From Candidatus Poribacteria bacterium (lineage in GTDB: Bacteria; Poribacteria; WGA-4E; WGA-3G): 64,000 nucleotides of DNA. The stretch covers positions 1,984,001 through 2,048,000 of the forward strand of contig OZ219753.1 in NCBI GenBank assembly GCA_964291315.2, read 5' to 3'. Position 1 is the first letter of the stretch. Each line of letters starts with the position of its first letter. Under the pieces are notes generated by a model. The model was not told the DNA's origin, did no database searches, and saw only the letters and a list, made by a program, of their open reading frames with translations. Of the stretch, positions 10,025 to 20,231 are shown piece by piece. The position numbers were made by a program, and so were the translations under genes.

Positions 10025-11329
10025 ATGCACTACCAGAAACCGCAGACTTCAAAAAGGCGACTCAGACGCCAGCGATGTCGCACCTGCAGATCTGATAACG
10101 GAAAGCGCATCTGTCCCGCACTTAACGGTATTCTGATTTGTCCGGAGTGTTGTAGAGCCAAAAGAGCAAAGATTCCCGGATGCGACGAAAAATGTCGCTA
10201 TTACTCGCCTCTTATAGTATCAGGCGAGACCCACCGACCTCCCGACTTCCCAATACACCGCTGTCTTGTAAGCCGTTCTAAAGACACCGGCATGGTGATT
10301 GTGGTCGGCACCCGCAAACGCCCAGATGGAAATTTGAAGGCGATGTTTGTTCTCCTTGATTTGTGGAAAAAGGGGATACGAGACTGTTTTTTTGACGCCA
10401 ATCTTTCTGAAAAACAATTTGAACGCGTTTCACAAAAGATCGCAAAGCGCTATAATCTCATAGAACCGATGGACCCCGCAGACGCAGATGAACCCGAAGA
10501 ACTAGTCCGTCTGCCGAAAGATACACTTGTTATTGAAGCAGACGACGCCATTCACTTAGATAAGGGGGTAAGAATTGTGGAGCATGAAGACGCTTCTGAA
10601 GGGCGCGCCATCAACAGTATGCATGGTGCACGGGCAATCCATGAAATTTACATCCCAAAAACAGGCAATTGGTACGTCTGGCTTCGTGTCCTCTTCGGAA
10701 AAGGAGACGACTCTTATTGGATTGGTATAGACGACACAATCGCCTATCCTTGGGACCGAGGCGGCGGTACAGGAGCAATAAGAATTTGTCCAGAACCAGA
10801 CGATACGACGAAGTGGGGACGTTGGCTCTGGCACACCGGACTCGAAAGTGTAGTCAATAACAATCACAAATTGAGAACACGCCCAGCATTTTTCAAAGTT
10901 AAACACACAGGCTATCATCAGCTCTGGTCAAAGGGCAGAGAAGAAGGTTCACGCCTAGACCAAATTTTGCTCACCCGCTCCCGTAACTTCAACCCCGAGG
11001 TCGAGACCGATGGAAAATCAATCGGTGTTAGGCATTCACAGCAATTCTATGAGTCGGTTCCCCTTCAGGAATGTCAGAAACTCATCCGGCACGCGGCCGA
11101 AATCGCGACGATTGCCGGTACCGAATTACCGTGGGAATTTAAATACGCCCTTCACGATGTCTGGGGCAACATCACCCAGTTTCCACAGACCGAAGGCTCC
11201 CTCTACAAATGCCCTAAATGTGAAGCAGATCTGCCGCAACAAGCGGTGGACCTTATGATACAACATGCCCAATCGGATGATATCCAATTCTATATCTTAT
11301 GCCGGAAGTGCGGAGGCGAGTTTGATTAA
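10025..11329 (+). CDS. hypothetical protein with Cys-rich N-terminus, inserted beta-sandwich (CBM-like) domain and C-terminal zinc ribbon
   Basis: CxxC..RICPA..ICxxCC..CxxxC; central VIEADD..ASEG..YVWLRV..DDSYW..REEG.RLDQILLT; CPKC..CRKC. Confidence 0.75.
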   Translation: MHYQKPQTSKRRLRRQRCRTCRSDNGKRICPALNGILICPECCRAKRAKIPGCDEKCRYYSPLIVSGETHRPPDFPIHRCLVSRSKDTGMVIVVGTRKRPDGNLKAMFVLLDLWKKGIRDCFFDANLSEKQFERVSQKIAKRYNLIEPMDPADADEPEELVRLPKDTLVIEADDAIHLDKGVRIVEHEDASEGRAINSMHGARAIHEIYIPKTGNWYVWLRVLFGKGDDSYWIGIDDTIAYPWDRGGGTGAIRICPEPDDTTKWGRWLWHTGLESVVNNNHKLRTRPAFFKVKHTGYHQLWSKGREEGSRLDQILLTRSRNFNPEVETDGKSIGVRHSQQFYESVPLQECQKLIRHAAEIATIAGTELPWEFKYALHDVWGNITQFPQTEGSLYKCPKCEADLPQQAVDLMIQHAQSDDIQFYILCRKCGGEFD

Positions 11330-11372
11330 GCCTCCAAGGTCACCCTTCTGCATCTTCTTCCAATTCGCATCA

Positions 11373-13475
11373 ATGAGGATCTTCCAAACTCTGATTGCCT
11401 ACGCTACCTTCATTGTTCTATTCTCCTCGTCAAGTATAGCGGCACCTCCAAACCCCTATCTCTATTTCGAGGAAGATTCAGCAAGTGGAGAGTTGATCCC
11501 TAAAACACCTCAAAGTAGAGCAGAGTTTTTTGAGGCACTTGACGGATGCTGCCTTGCCAACGAGCAAGCAGTTTTACAACCTGACGGCATAGAATATGTC
11601 CTTGCACTAAAAGTGGATTTTCCTGATATGCCCGGACGTAGAGAAGGAGCAGCATTCGATAGATACCTCTTCGCTACAAAAGGCGTATCTATGAAAACCT
11701 ACTATCTCGAAAATTCTTACGGACAAATGGATATACAGCCGGGTCCAATGGAAGGCGTTGTTCCAGCTCACAATAGGTGGGTTCGCGCAAAAAAACCGAT
11801 CGCATATTACGGGGAAGGACTCAGAATCCAAGAGCGGTACCGTGAGTTAGTCAGAGAAACATGTGAAGCAGTGGATTCGATCGTCGATTTCTCGCAATAT
11901 GATCGAGATAACGACGGGGTTGTCGACCATGTTTTCCTAATTCATGCTGGCAATAATCAGGCCGTCTCTGGCGTTACTGACGATATCTGGTCGATTCTAA
12001 CAAAGGGAGTCAACGGCTTTTACGACGGAGTCCGCGTGGATACTGCCGCAGTCGTTGCAGAGGAACCTGATCTTGAGCATCCACATTTGGGAATCTACTT
12101 TCACGAATTTTTCCACGACTTCGGGGCACCCGACGTTTACGGACTTAGTTTCACAGACGCTCGAGACCACAAATGGGGGTTGATGAGCCAATTCGGCCCC
12201 TATCAAGGCCCAGGAGGTTTGGGGATTAGACCAAGTCACATTATAGGATACCTCAAATGGGATTTCGATGCCAGACCCCAAAATGGACGCCTCGGCTGGA
12301 TTCAACCTGTCGAGATAACACAGAACCAGAAAATTGACGTGCCAAGCTTTGAAATTGCCCCTGGAACCAATAAACTTTTCAAAATTGATATTCGTTCATC
12401 ATCACCGCCTCTTCGAGGCGAAGCCACAGAATTCTTTCTCATAGAAAATCGGAACAAAACCTCAGGAGCAACCTTTGATACCCACCTACCTGAATCAGGT
12501 ATACTTATCTGGCACATCGACGAAACAAACCCTTACCCGCTCGGGAGTATCGATGCTTCTCAACAAATATGGCTCGAAGATCCAACAGACCCAGACCATC
12601 TCGGTATTAATCAACAAGGGGATGATGCCTTTATAGACTTGCACGCGATTACCGAAGGGGCCGCTTATTCTGCAGATGATGAACAGACAGCCTTCACACC
12701 GGGGACGCTTCCAAATAGCAATGCTAACGACGGCTCCATTACAGGTATCTCTATCACTAACATCGGGGCAGAAGGATTGACAATTCCAATTTGGGTCTTT
12801 TTCGGTGATACGTACGAGCCAAACGATATGCTTTCAACCGCGTTCCCGATCACATACGGGGCAACCTACGAATCTTTCCTGTTTAGTTCGACGGATACAC
12901 GCGACGTATACAAACTCGAAGCCATCAGGGGCATTACTATTTTGGTGACGCTCGCTGACATCCCTCCGAACAAAAATTATCGATTATCCCTCCATACCAC
13001 AACAGGCAAGACAAATGCCATAGCGGAAAACGCTACCAACATCGCTGGATTGAGATTGCTCTATCAACCTGATACTACAGGAACATTCTATCTCGTTGTA
13101 GAATCAGATGGAAGTTTCAGTAGTGTTGATTCTTACCGACTCCGTGTAGAACAACTCCAAGCTGAAGCTCTCACCATTAAAGATATACGGGTCTATCCAA
13201 ATCCAATCCGTTCAGGCGAGGATGTAGTAACTTTTGACTATCGTTTGTCTGCTTCCCAAGTAGCAGATAACGTCAACCTTGAAATTTTTATCCCCACAGG
13301 CAACCTCGTTTACAGCGAGACGCAAGCAAATGTAGCCGCACAAGGGAAGTTTGAATGGCGCGCCACAACCCACACCGGTACACCTCTTGCTTCAGGCATC
13401 TATATATACCGTATTTCGGCCAAACAAGTGGGGCGCATGGTTCAAGAAATTGGAAAGTTAAGTGTTCTGAAATGA
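11373..13475 (+). CDS. secreted M6 (immune inhibitor A-like) metalloprotease with PPC-like domain and T9SS/FlgD-like C-terminal domain
   Basis: signal peptide; VDFPD, YY.ENSYG, DFSQYD.D.DG.VD..F.IHAG, HEFFH.FG.PD.Y, EFFLIENR, GILIWHIDE; C-terminal YPNP..ASGIYIY..K. Confidence 0.9.
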   Translation: MRIFQTLIAYATFIVLFSSSSIAAPPNPYLYFEEDSASGELIPKTPQSRAEFFEALDGCCLANEQAVLQPDGIEYVLALKVDFPDMPGRREGAAFDRYLFATKGVSMKTYYLENSYGQMDIQPGPMEGVVPAHNRWVRAKKPIAYYGEGLRIQERYRELVRETCEAVDSIVDFSQYDRDNDGVVDHVFLIHAGNNQAVSGVTDDIWSILTKGVNGFYDGVRVDTAAVVAEEPDLEHPHLGIYFHEFFHDFGAPDVYGLSFTDARDHKWGLMSQFGPYQGPGGLGIRPSHIIGYLKWDFDARPQNGRLGWIQPVEITQNQKIDVPSFEIAPGTNKLFKIDIRSSSPPLRGEATEFFLIENRNKTSGATFDTHLPESGILIWHIDETNPYPLGSIDASQQIWLEDPTDPDHLGINQQGDDAFIDLHAITEGAAYSADDEQTAFTPGTLPNSNANDGSITGISITNIGAEGLTIPIWVFFGDTYEPNDMLSTAFPITYGATYESFLFSSTDTRDVYKLEAIRGITILVTLADIPPNKNYRLSLHTTTGKTNAIAENATNIAGLRLLYQPDTTGTFYLVVESDGSFSSVDSYRLRVEQLQAEALTIKDIRVYPNPIRSGEDVVTFDYRLSASQVADNVNLEIFIPTGNLVYSETQANVAAQGKFEWRATTHTGTPLASGIYIYRISAKQVGRMVQEIGKLSVLK

Positions 13476-13502
13476 ACGTCACAAATTCTTCACATATATT
13501 TC

Positions 13503-13531
13503 TTGACTAAAAATTGCAGTTATGCTATTTT
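13503..13531 (+). promoter_or_regulatory. sigma70-like promoter
   Basis: TTGACT-N17-TATTTT with extended TG. Confidence 0.5.
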
Positions 13532-13693
13532 AAAAAATAGAACCTGCTTTAGGCATATCCTTTGTATCTTACTTTGACGTGCCTGCAATTGCCGTAGGGG
13601 ATTCGCATGATCATAATTGGAAAGACTACACGGTAGAAAACGAAATATAAACCTGTCATTTATAAAATGGCAACCAAGGAGGCAATATTATCA

Positions 13694-14746
13694 ATGAAAT
13701 GGATGAATAAATTCACAACACTCAATCTCCTCTTGCTATTCGCGCTAGCGTTTAGCGTTGCTGGATGCGGAACAGCACTTAGCAACTTGGCACCGATCCG
13801 CCCCCTCCATAACATAGCGGATGCCATAGCCGAACAAAACGCAAACCCGAATGAAGAGGTGGTCGTCCCTGCTGTTCCCTCACAGGCTGTCGCTAAGCCG
13901 GTACTAGACAAGTATGGCCTGGAAACAGTCGGGTTCTGGGTTGGGAAAGCACGTAATACCAACCTGGAGGCGGTAACCTACGTTTTGGCATTTGACGAAT
14001 ACGCACACGCTAGTGACCAATGGGATAGTTTCCTTAACGAATGGACAGAAACCCAAGCCCAAATCGAAGCAGGAACCGGTGAAGATAGGAAGATTGTTGA
14101 CGTCGTTATGATGTCTGATCAACCAAAACTGTTTGACGTGCAGGCCAGACAACCGATCTTGACAAAAACAGTGGACGGCATTACTGTTTCTATCGCATAT
14201 TGGAGGCGAGCAGATCTCGACCGGAAGTACAATCGCGGAAATGCTTTCTCGCCCTTTTACGAAACTGAAGCACTCCACCAAGGCGACAAAACCGATGTGT
14301 TTTATGTCAAAATTACTAACAATAGGGAGCACCACATCGTTTTTGATGTCAAAAAATGCCGCGTCATCGACCAAGGTGAAAATCTCTATAACGGAATGAG
14401 CTATGATGACTTAGAGGAACGTTTCACGTACATGGCACGCGCCACAGGACTCTATGTGAAAAATGGGCTCGAAACCGCGCGACGAATCTTAATGGAGAAA
14501 CGAATGCCTATCGTGGAAAAACAGGTGGGCGCACGCCGAACAGGTATCCAACCCGGTGAAAGCGCTGAAGGCTTCGTACCATTCACCCAAACAAAGCCGG
14601 CCGCTCTTGAATTGAAAGTTATCCTACCGATTGAGAAGGCACCGCCCCCAGGAGGCGCACAGCGCTATCAAACAGTAGAATTTGAATTTCCTTTTACGCA
14701 TGATAGAGGGATCCGAGTCGCACAACCATCCCCGAAGCGGTATTAA
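13694..14746 (+). CDS. hypothetical lipoprotein
   Basis: RBS AAGGAGG; lipobox VAG/C after a hydrophobic stretch. Confidence 0.8.
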   Translation: MKWMNKFTTLNLLLLFALAFSVAGCGTALSNLAPIRPLHNIADAIAEQNANPNEEVVVPAVPSQAVAKPVLDKYGLETVGFWVGKARNTNLEAVTYVLAFDEYAHASDQWDSFLNEWTETQAQIEAGTGEDRKIVDVVMMSDQPKLFDVQARQPILTKTVDGITVSIAYWRRADLDRKYNRGNAFSPFYETEALHQGDKTDVFYVKITNNREHHIVFDVKKCRVIDQGENLYNGMSYDDLEERFTYMARATGLYVKNGLETARRILMEKRMPIVEKQVGARRTGIQPGESAEGFVPFTQTKPAALELKVILPIEKAPPPGGAQRYQTVEFEFPFTHDRGIRVAQPSPKRY

Positions 14747-14787
14747 ATCCCTGAGATAAATCGTGCTACATGTCATATCCACATCTT

Positions 14788-14822
14788 AGGCTGTCTACGG
14801 CACACTATGCCGCAGACAGCCT
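14788..14822. terminator. hairpin between convergent genes
   Basis: AGGCTGTCTACGGCA-cacta-TGCCGCAGACAGCCT. Confidence 0.7.
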
Positions 14823-16787
14823 TTAGTCTTCCACAATCTCACAGTCTGGGAGCGAATCCAAAAACTGCTTTCCATAATTTCGCGTTCTAATTCGCGGATC
14901 AAGAATAACGACAATACCCTTGTCCGTTTGTGTTCGGATGAGCCGACCAAACCCTTGTTTTAAGCGGAGTATCGCCTCCGGCAAATTAAATTCAAAAAAT
15001 TCGTTACCGCCTCTCTCCTTAACCTGTTTCACACGCGCCTCCATTACCGGATGTGTCGGTACCTCGAACGGAAGTCTTGTGATAATAACGTTGCTGAGTG
15101 CTTCACCCCGGACATCAACTCCCTCCCAAAAACTAGAGGTCCCAAACAGAACCGAATCAGTATTCTCACGAAACGCTTGAAGCATATCTGTCCGTGAAAG
15201 CTCCCCTCCTTGTTTGAAAGTATCTATACCGAGTGTCTCAAGATAAGGAGAAATAGCATCGTACACCTCATCCATCATTTTGTAACTCGTGAACAAGACA
15301 AACGCCTTACCGTGAGTCAATTTCAAGTAGTGTCTGATTTTTCGAATCGCTGCAGGGACAAATTCACGACTATTTGGATCCGGCATGTGCCGCGGGATGT
15401 GAATCTGTACCTGCCTCTTGAAATCGAAAGGTGAGTGCACAAGCAATTCACGACATATGTTTATTCCTATCCGTTTTTTAAAGTAAGCAAAGTTGCAATT
15501 TGTGGAGAGCGTAGCACTCGTCATCACAACACTGTCTTTTAATTCGAAAAGATGATCCTCCAGCACCTGATTTACGTTCACCGGGGTCGCATTTAATAGA
15601 ACCCGCGCAGTTCGTCCCCGTGCAGATATTTCAACCCAATAGACGTAGTCTGGGACATCCTGGCGGATTATCATATCTAACTCGTCGCTCAGACGTGCAC
15701 AATAGCTGCTATGTGCAGCAATTTCTTGCTCATCGTCCTCCGTTGAAGCATCGTCATGCAGACGTTTCAACGTCTGTTGAATATCCGCAAGCGGCGCGTC
15801 CAGCACATTTTCAACAAAATTGCTTTGATGAATACGCTGTGTGAGGGTAAAACCACCCCCTTCCCTATCAGAACCTTGCACAACATCCGTAATCATCCGA
15901 AAAAGAATATTAGACTGCGCGCGAGCTTCTTCAACCTCACTTTTCAATTGTTGCGAATCGAAGAGTTTCGCTACATTGAAAAGCGAATTGAGAAGCCAAT
16001 TGACGCGCGTACTACTGAAGTTAATAGTCGCATGGGTAGTTGCTATCGCTTCCAAATGGTGTGCTTCATCGATAATAAGGTGATCATAATCGGGTAAGAG
16101 CCCTGCCGCATTTCCGTTCTCTTTGCGAATAGCCAGATCACTAAAGAGAAGATGGTGATTTACAATTAGAAGGTCGGCAGCCTGCATCTCCCGTCGAACG
16201 TTGAAGTAGAAACAGGTATTATAAGTTTCACACTGCCGCCCAAGACAATTATCTCTGTCGGATGCCACCTTATCCCAAACCTGGGAGTTTGGCTGCCACG
16301 GCAGATCCGCTGTGCTGCCATCTACTGTCCAATTGACCCACTCCTCAATTTCAGCAACTTCTTCAACTTCTTCTAACGTATCAAACAAACCTTGTTCATA
16401 ATTAAGCAGATTCTTCAGACGTCTCCGCGATAAATAATTACGGCGTCCCTTGGCAAGTACCATACTGAAATCGCGTGGAAGTATACGTCGCAGAAATGGA
16501 ATATCTTTTCTGACGAGCTGTTCTTGCAAGCTGATAGTATTCGTCGAAATAACGACTCTCTGATCCGCTTTAAGCGCAAAAGAAATCGCCGGTATGAGAT
16601 ATGCAAAGCTCTTACCCACACCCGTTCCAGCTTCAACGATCAGGTGTTCGGAATCTATGAACGCCCGAGCCACCTCATGTGCCATTTGCAACTGCTCATA
16701 GCGAAACTCATACCCATCAAGGTGTTCCGAGATGAGTCCGCCTGGACTAAAAATCTCTCTGAGGGTAAGAGGAGTTGATGATGTCAT
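14823..16787 (-). CDS. DinG/YoaA family ATP-dependent DNA helicase (Fe-S)
   Basis: EAGTGVGKS, DEAH, TSATL, LFTSY, FWEGVD, QGFGRLIR; Cys cluster CLGRQC..C. Confidence 0.95.
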   Translation of the reverse strand: MTSSTPLTLREIFSPGGLISEHLDGYEFRYEQLQMAHEVARAFIDSEHLIVEAGTGVGKSFAYLIPAISFALKADQRVVISTNTISLQEQLVRKDIPFLRRILPRDFSMVLAKGRRNYLSRRRLKNLLNYEQGLFDTLEEVEEVAEIEEWVNWTVDGSTADLPWQPNSQVWDKVASDRDNCLGRQCETYNTCFYFNVRREMQAADLLIVNHHLLFSDLAIRKENGNAAGLLPDYDHLIIDEAHHLEAIATTHATINFSSTRVNWLLNSLFNVAKLFDSQQLKSEVEEARAQSNILFRMITDVVQGSDREGGGFTLTQRIHQSNFVENVLDAPLADIQQTLKRLHDDASTEDDEQEIAAHSSYCARLSDELDMIIRQDVPDYVYWVEISARGRTARVLLNATPVNVNQVLEDHLFELKDSVVMTSATLSTNCNFAYFKKRIGINICRELLVHSPFDFKRQVQIHIPRHMPDPNSREFVPAAIRKIRHYLKLTHGKAFVLFTSYKMMDEVYDAISPYLETLGIDTFKQGGELSRTDMLQAFRENTDSVLFGTSSFWEGVDVRGEALSNVIITRLPFEVPTHPVMEARVKQVKERGGNEFFEFNLPEAILRLKQGFGRLIRTQTDKGIVVILDPRIRTRNYGKQFLDSLPDCEIVED

Positions 16788-16868
16788 ATCTTATCTTTCG
16801 CAGGGCATCGATTGCGCGCGAATCAGCTTCTGGTGAGAGCAATCGAAAATCAAACCGTGTCCAAGGCA

Positions 16869-18218
16869 TCACTCCGTTTGATCCTTTAGTTTCACTGCTA
16901 TCTTCTGTGTCCCGTGGCTACTTTTAAACTCAAGGGTGAATTCCTCAAGACCCTGTTGCATCTGTAGCAATGCTTCAAAATCCCGAGCACTCCTAACATT
17001 ATGTCCATTCGCCGCAATGATAAGCGCACCCCGTGGAATAGGACTATTTTCTCTGACCCTGTCGACGATAACGCCTCGATCCTCGCCAGTTAAATACGTA
17101 TATCTTTCAAAATCACCCTTCTCCAATTTCCTCACTGTTAGGCCAAGGCGCCTCCACGTCACTGAGTCAGTTTCAATCGGTCTGCCCGCTTGTAGAGCAG
17201 GCATTTCAGCTATTGTTACAGTAAATACCCGTTCTTGACCACCTCGGAGCACCGTAATTTTTGAATTCTTACCCACTTGTGATTCGGCAATCCACATTTT
17301 GAATTGGTTGACGCTGTCTGTTTTTCTACCATTATATCCAACGATGATGTCGTCTCTCTTGAGACCACCAAGGTGCGCAGGCATATTTTTTAAAACACTC
17401 CGAATCCGAATTCCGTGTGCTACTTCTTGCATACGAATACCAAGGAAACCACGAATGACTCTTCCATTCGCAATCAGTTGTGCCCCAATCTTTCTAACCA
17501 GATTACTGGGAATTGCAAAACCGGCACCGGCTCTGACCGCCCCTGTGGCAGGCGTGTCATCAGATCGCCGTATTAGCGCATTGATTCCAATAACTTCACC
17601 GCTAATATTGAGCAACGGGCCTCCACTGTTTCCAGTATTAATCCAAGCATCTGTCTGAATAAAATCTTGATACCGAATCATACCATATTCTGGAAGAATT
17701 ACACGTTCTTTCCCGCTTACAATGCCGGTCGTCACTGTGTGATTCAGTTGAAACGGATTGCCAATAGCAATTGCGAACTGCCCAACCTGCACCCGCTCTG
17801 AATCTGCTAATCGGAGAACCGGATATTCTCTCTTCGCCTCAATTTTTAAAACAGCAATATCGGTGTTCGGATCCGTTCCAACTAACTTTGCCTCAGATGT
17901 ACTGCCACCCAACAACCGGATTCTAATTGCTGTTGCATCCTTCACGACGTGATCGTTTGTGAGAACATAACCATCTCTCTGAAAGATGAATCCGGAACCT
18001 TCCTGTTGAAACCGCTTTCCATCGACCCAACGTTCAGCGCTTACACCAACAATCGCAGGTTTGCTCCGTTTCGCAATTCCAACAAACGCACTTTCGATTG
18101 AAGCCAATACCTCAATATCTGTTAGCTGGGTGGTCGCACGACTACAAGCAGAAATGATGAGACTCATGCCAATCAAAAAAACTATCAAATAAAAACTAGG
18201 ACGGATATTTCTTTTCAT
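16869..18218 (-). CDS. HtrA/DegP-like serine protease with PDZ domains (lipoprotein)
   Basis: GSGFI, TNDHVV, DIAVLKI, IQTDA.IN.GNSGGPL; lipobox ISA/C. Confidence 0.93.
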   Translation of the reverse strand: MKRNIRPSFYLIVFLIGMSLIISACSRATTQLTDIEVLASIESAFVGIAKRSKPAIVGVSAERWVDGKRFQQEGSGFIFQRDGYVLTNDHVVKDATAIRIRLLGGSTSEAKLVGTDPNTDIAVLKIEAKREYPVLRLADSERVQVGQFAIAIGNPFQLNHTVTTGIVSGKERVILPEYGMIRYQDFIQTDAWINTGNSGGPLLNISGEVIGINALIRRSDDTPATGAVRAGAGFAIPSNLVRKIGAQLIANGRVIRGFLGIRMQEVAHGIRIRSVLKNMPAHLGGLKRDDIIVGYNGRKTDSVNQFKMWIAESQVGKNSKITVLRGGQERVFTVTIAEMPALQAGRPIETDSVTWRRLGLTVRKLEKGDFERYTYLTGEDRGVIVDRVRENSPIPRGALIIAANGHNVRSARDFEALLQMQQGLEEFTLEFKSSHGTQKIAVKLKDQTE

Positions 18219-18399
18219 CGGTTCCCCCTTTTAGGAGCAGGTAATGCATGGCACAATATTAATTTGCATGCCCCTATACTACATTGACATTGCGCGGTCG
18301 AAACCTCGCCTACGATTATTGCACTCTATTTGGCGTTAACTGGCTCAATTTGATACTCAGACTAGTGCTTCATAGATTATCTTTATCTCTGTATAGTCT

Positions 18400-18428
18400 A
18401 TTTTAGCACATTTCTCAGAACTTGTCAA
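18400..18428 (-). promoter_or_regulatory. sigma70-like promoter for the HtrA/DinG genes
   Basis: TTGACA-N17-TAAAAT with extended TG on the minus strand. Confidence 0.6.
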
Positions 18429-18438
18429 ACATTTTTCG

Positions 18439-20052
18439 CTATCGCCAAATAGCCAACTTTTCCAGATAGGTGTGCGTTTCTCCTCCCGCTATTACTGTGA
18501 TGTGGCACACATAAATTCCCGGAGACACGGCTAAACCGTAAGAAGTCTGCTGATTCCACCACGTTCGCCAAACACCCGGATTTAACCGATCGGAGACACC
18601 CTCAATCCGCTTTATCAGATTACCCTCTGAATCATAAATTAACACCTTTAGGTCGGTTATATCTACGTTTGCTTCGACACGGAATTCGGTTAAACGGTCT
18701 GAACGCGCAGGATTGGGGAATACCATCACTGCTTTCCACGCAAATGCTTGGCTTAACATAACGGATTCTGCAACCGAAACTGCACCCAATGGATAGCGTG
18801 CTATTGCCTGAAGTGTGTTCACTCCAGGCTGAAGAGGGACCGTTGCAGTGTAGGTCCGCGTTTCTCGGTTGAGTGATGCTTCTGCTCGACTCGGATGAAT
18901 AACGATGTCAATTGGAAAAACGGAATAAAACGTTCCGGTAATCTCCAACTCACTTTCCTGAGTTGTTAGCGGAAGCTGTAACGTTATCTGTGGTGGCTGC
19001 CGCGCCGGATGAAACATATCCGTGAGAAGAGTATCCACCGTAACAAGCACAAGCTGCGTTACCTTTCTCACCAGACTGAAATTTACCTTATCAGCAGTAT
19101 CGGCAGACGTGTGATAAAACGGGTTAGCCTCGTAATTTTGCGAAGCCCGCCACGGAGTGGAACTCTCAGTTAACGTAACCGCATTGTAACCGTTATCCCA
19201 AAACGGTTTATGGGAGGAAAAATCAACGAATTCATCCTGGGTCCGACGGACTTTCAAAGCAAGGTCATACCATGCATTCGCGATTATCAGCGCGCGGCCC
19301 ATCCACGCAGAATCATTATTGGTAACAATTTCAACCAAATCGCTTTTCCAATTGAAACCGAGCATGTCTAAGTTAAAAACGCCCACAATATTTTCACGTT
19401 GACGCTTGATATCTGCCCCACTCCTTCGCCCTATAGCAGATATCTCTTGAACATAGTAACGACTGCCGAGAAAGCCGAGCTCCTCACCACCCAACGCCAC
19501 AAATCTTAACTCATGTTCGTATTCATATTGACTTAAGATATTTGCAATCTCCAGCATCGCAGCGACACCTGTGCCGTTGTTATTCGCTCCCGGTGCCGCA
19601 GAAGCTAAAGGGTTCCAATTCGGTTCCCTTCCCGCTTGTGTATCGTAATGCGCACAGATAACAAAGACGCGGTTACTAGATGAAGTCTGGCGTGGCGGTA
19701 GAACAGCTACTATATTTTTAATACCACCAAAAGTCTGTTCCCTAACCTCCATACGTGGGGAACGCAAAAACTCGTTCGTAATATACCGTACCACATTCTC
19801 TGTCGCTTCGCGATGGTGTGTGCTGCGCGTTCGAAGGGCCTGTAAATTACGGACTGACGCAAAATTTTCTTGCAACGCTGTTACCCGCGCTTCAAGAGCT
19901 TCAGATTGCACTAACGTGAGTAGTTCATCACCTCTGAGCAAAAAAGTATCATCCGCTGCTTTTGTAGTAGAAATGAGGATACATAACGAAATAAGAAAAA
20001 GGGCGCACCTACTTATTTGAATTCGCCAGCAACCTCTTAATTGGCTTGACAT
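18439..20052 (-). CDS. secreted M28 peptidase-family protein with T9SS/FlgD-like C-terminal domain
   Basis: AHYD, PGANNNGTG, GEELG..GS, NLDM, YHT..DT; C-terminal FPNP..W..GIY..KLA. Confidence 0.87.
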   Translation of the reverse strand: MSSQLRGCWRIQISRCALFLISLCILISTTKAADDTFLLRGDELLTLVQSEALEARVTALQENFASVRNLQALRTRSTHHREATENVVRYITNEFLRSPRMEVREQTFGGIKNIVAVLPPRQTSSSNRVFVICAHYDTQAGREPNWNPLASAAPGANNNGTGVAAMLEIANILSQYEYEHELRFVALGGEELGFLGSRYYVQEISAIGRRSGADIKRQRENIVGVFNLDMLGFNWKSDLVEIVTNNDSAWMGRALIIANAWYDLALKVRRTQDEFVDFSSHKPFWDNGYNAVTLTESSTPWRASQNYEANPFYHTSADTADKVNFSLVRKVTQLVLVTVDTLLTDMFHPARQPPQITLQLPLTTQESELEITGTFYSVFPIDIVIHPSRAEASLNRETRTYTATVPLQPGVNTLQAIARYPLGAVSVAESVMLSQAFAWKAVMVFPNPARSDRLTEFRVEANVDITDLKVLIYDSEGNLIKRIEGVSDRLNPGVWRTWWNQQTSYGLAVSPGIYVCHITVIAGGETHTYLEKLAIWR

Positions 20053-20231
20053 AAAAATAAAAATCTTGTACCCTATTTAACAGTTTCTTTTATTTTACTA
20101 GAATTTACTGCGATTGTAAACAGAGATAACGTTGTCTTTCCGGTATTTAGTTCTATGCAGTTTTCGTTTAAATATTGTGAAATAGGGCGGGGTTTGGAAA
20201 TCCTCCCCACAAAATACGGAGATAGACGAAA

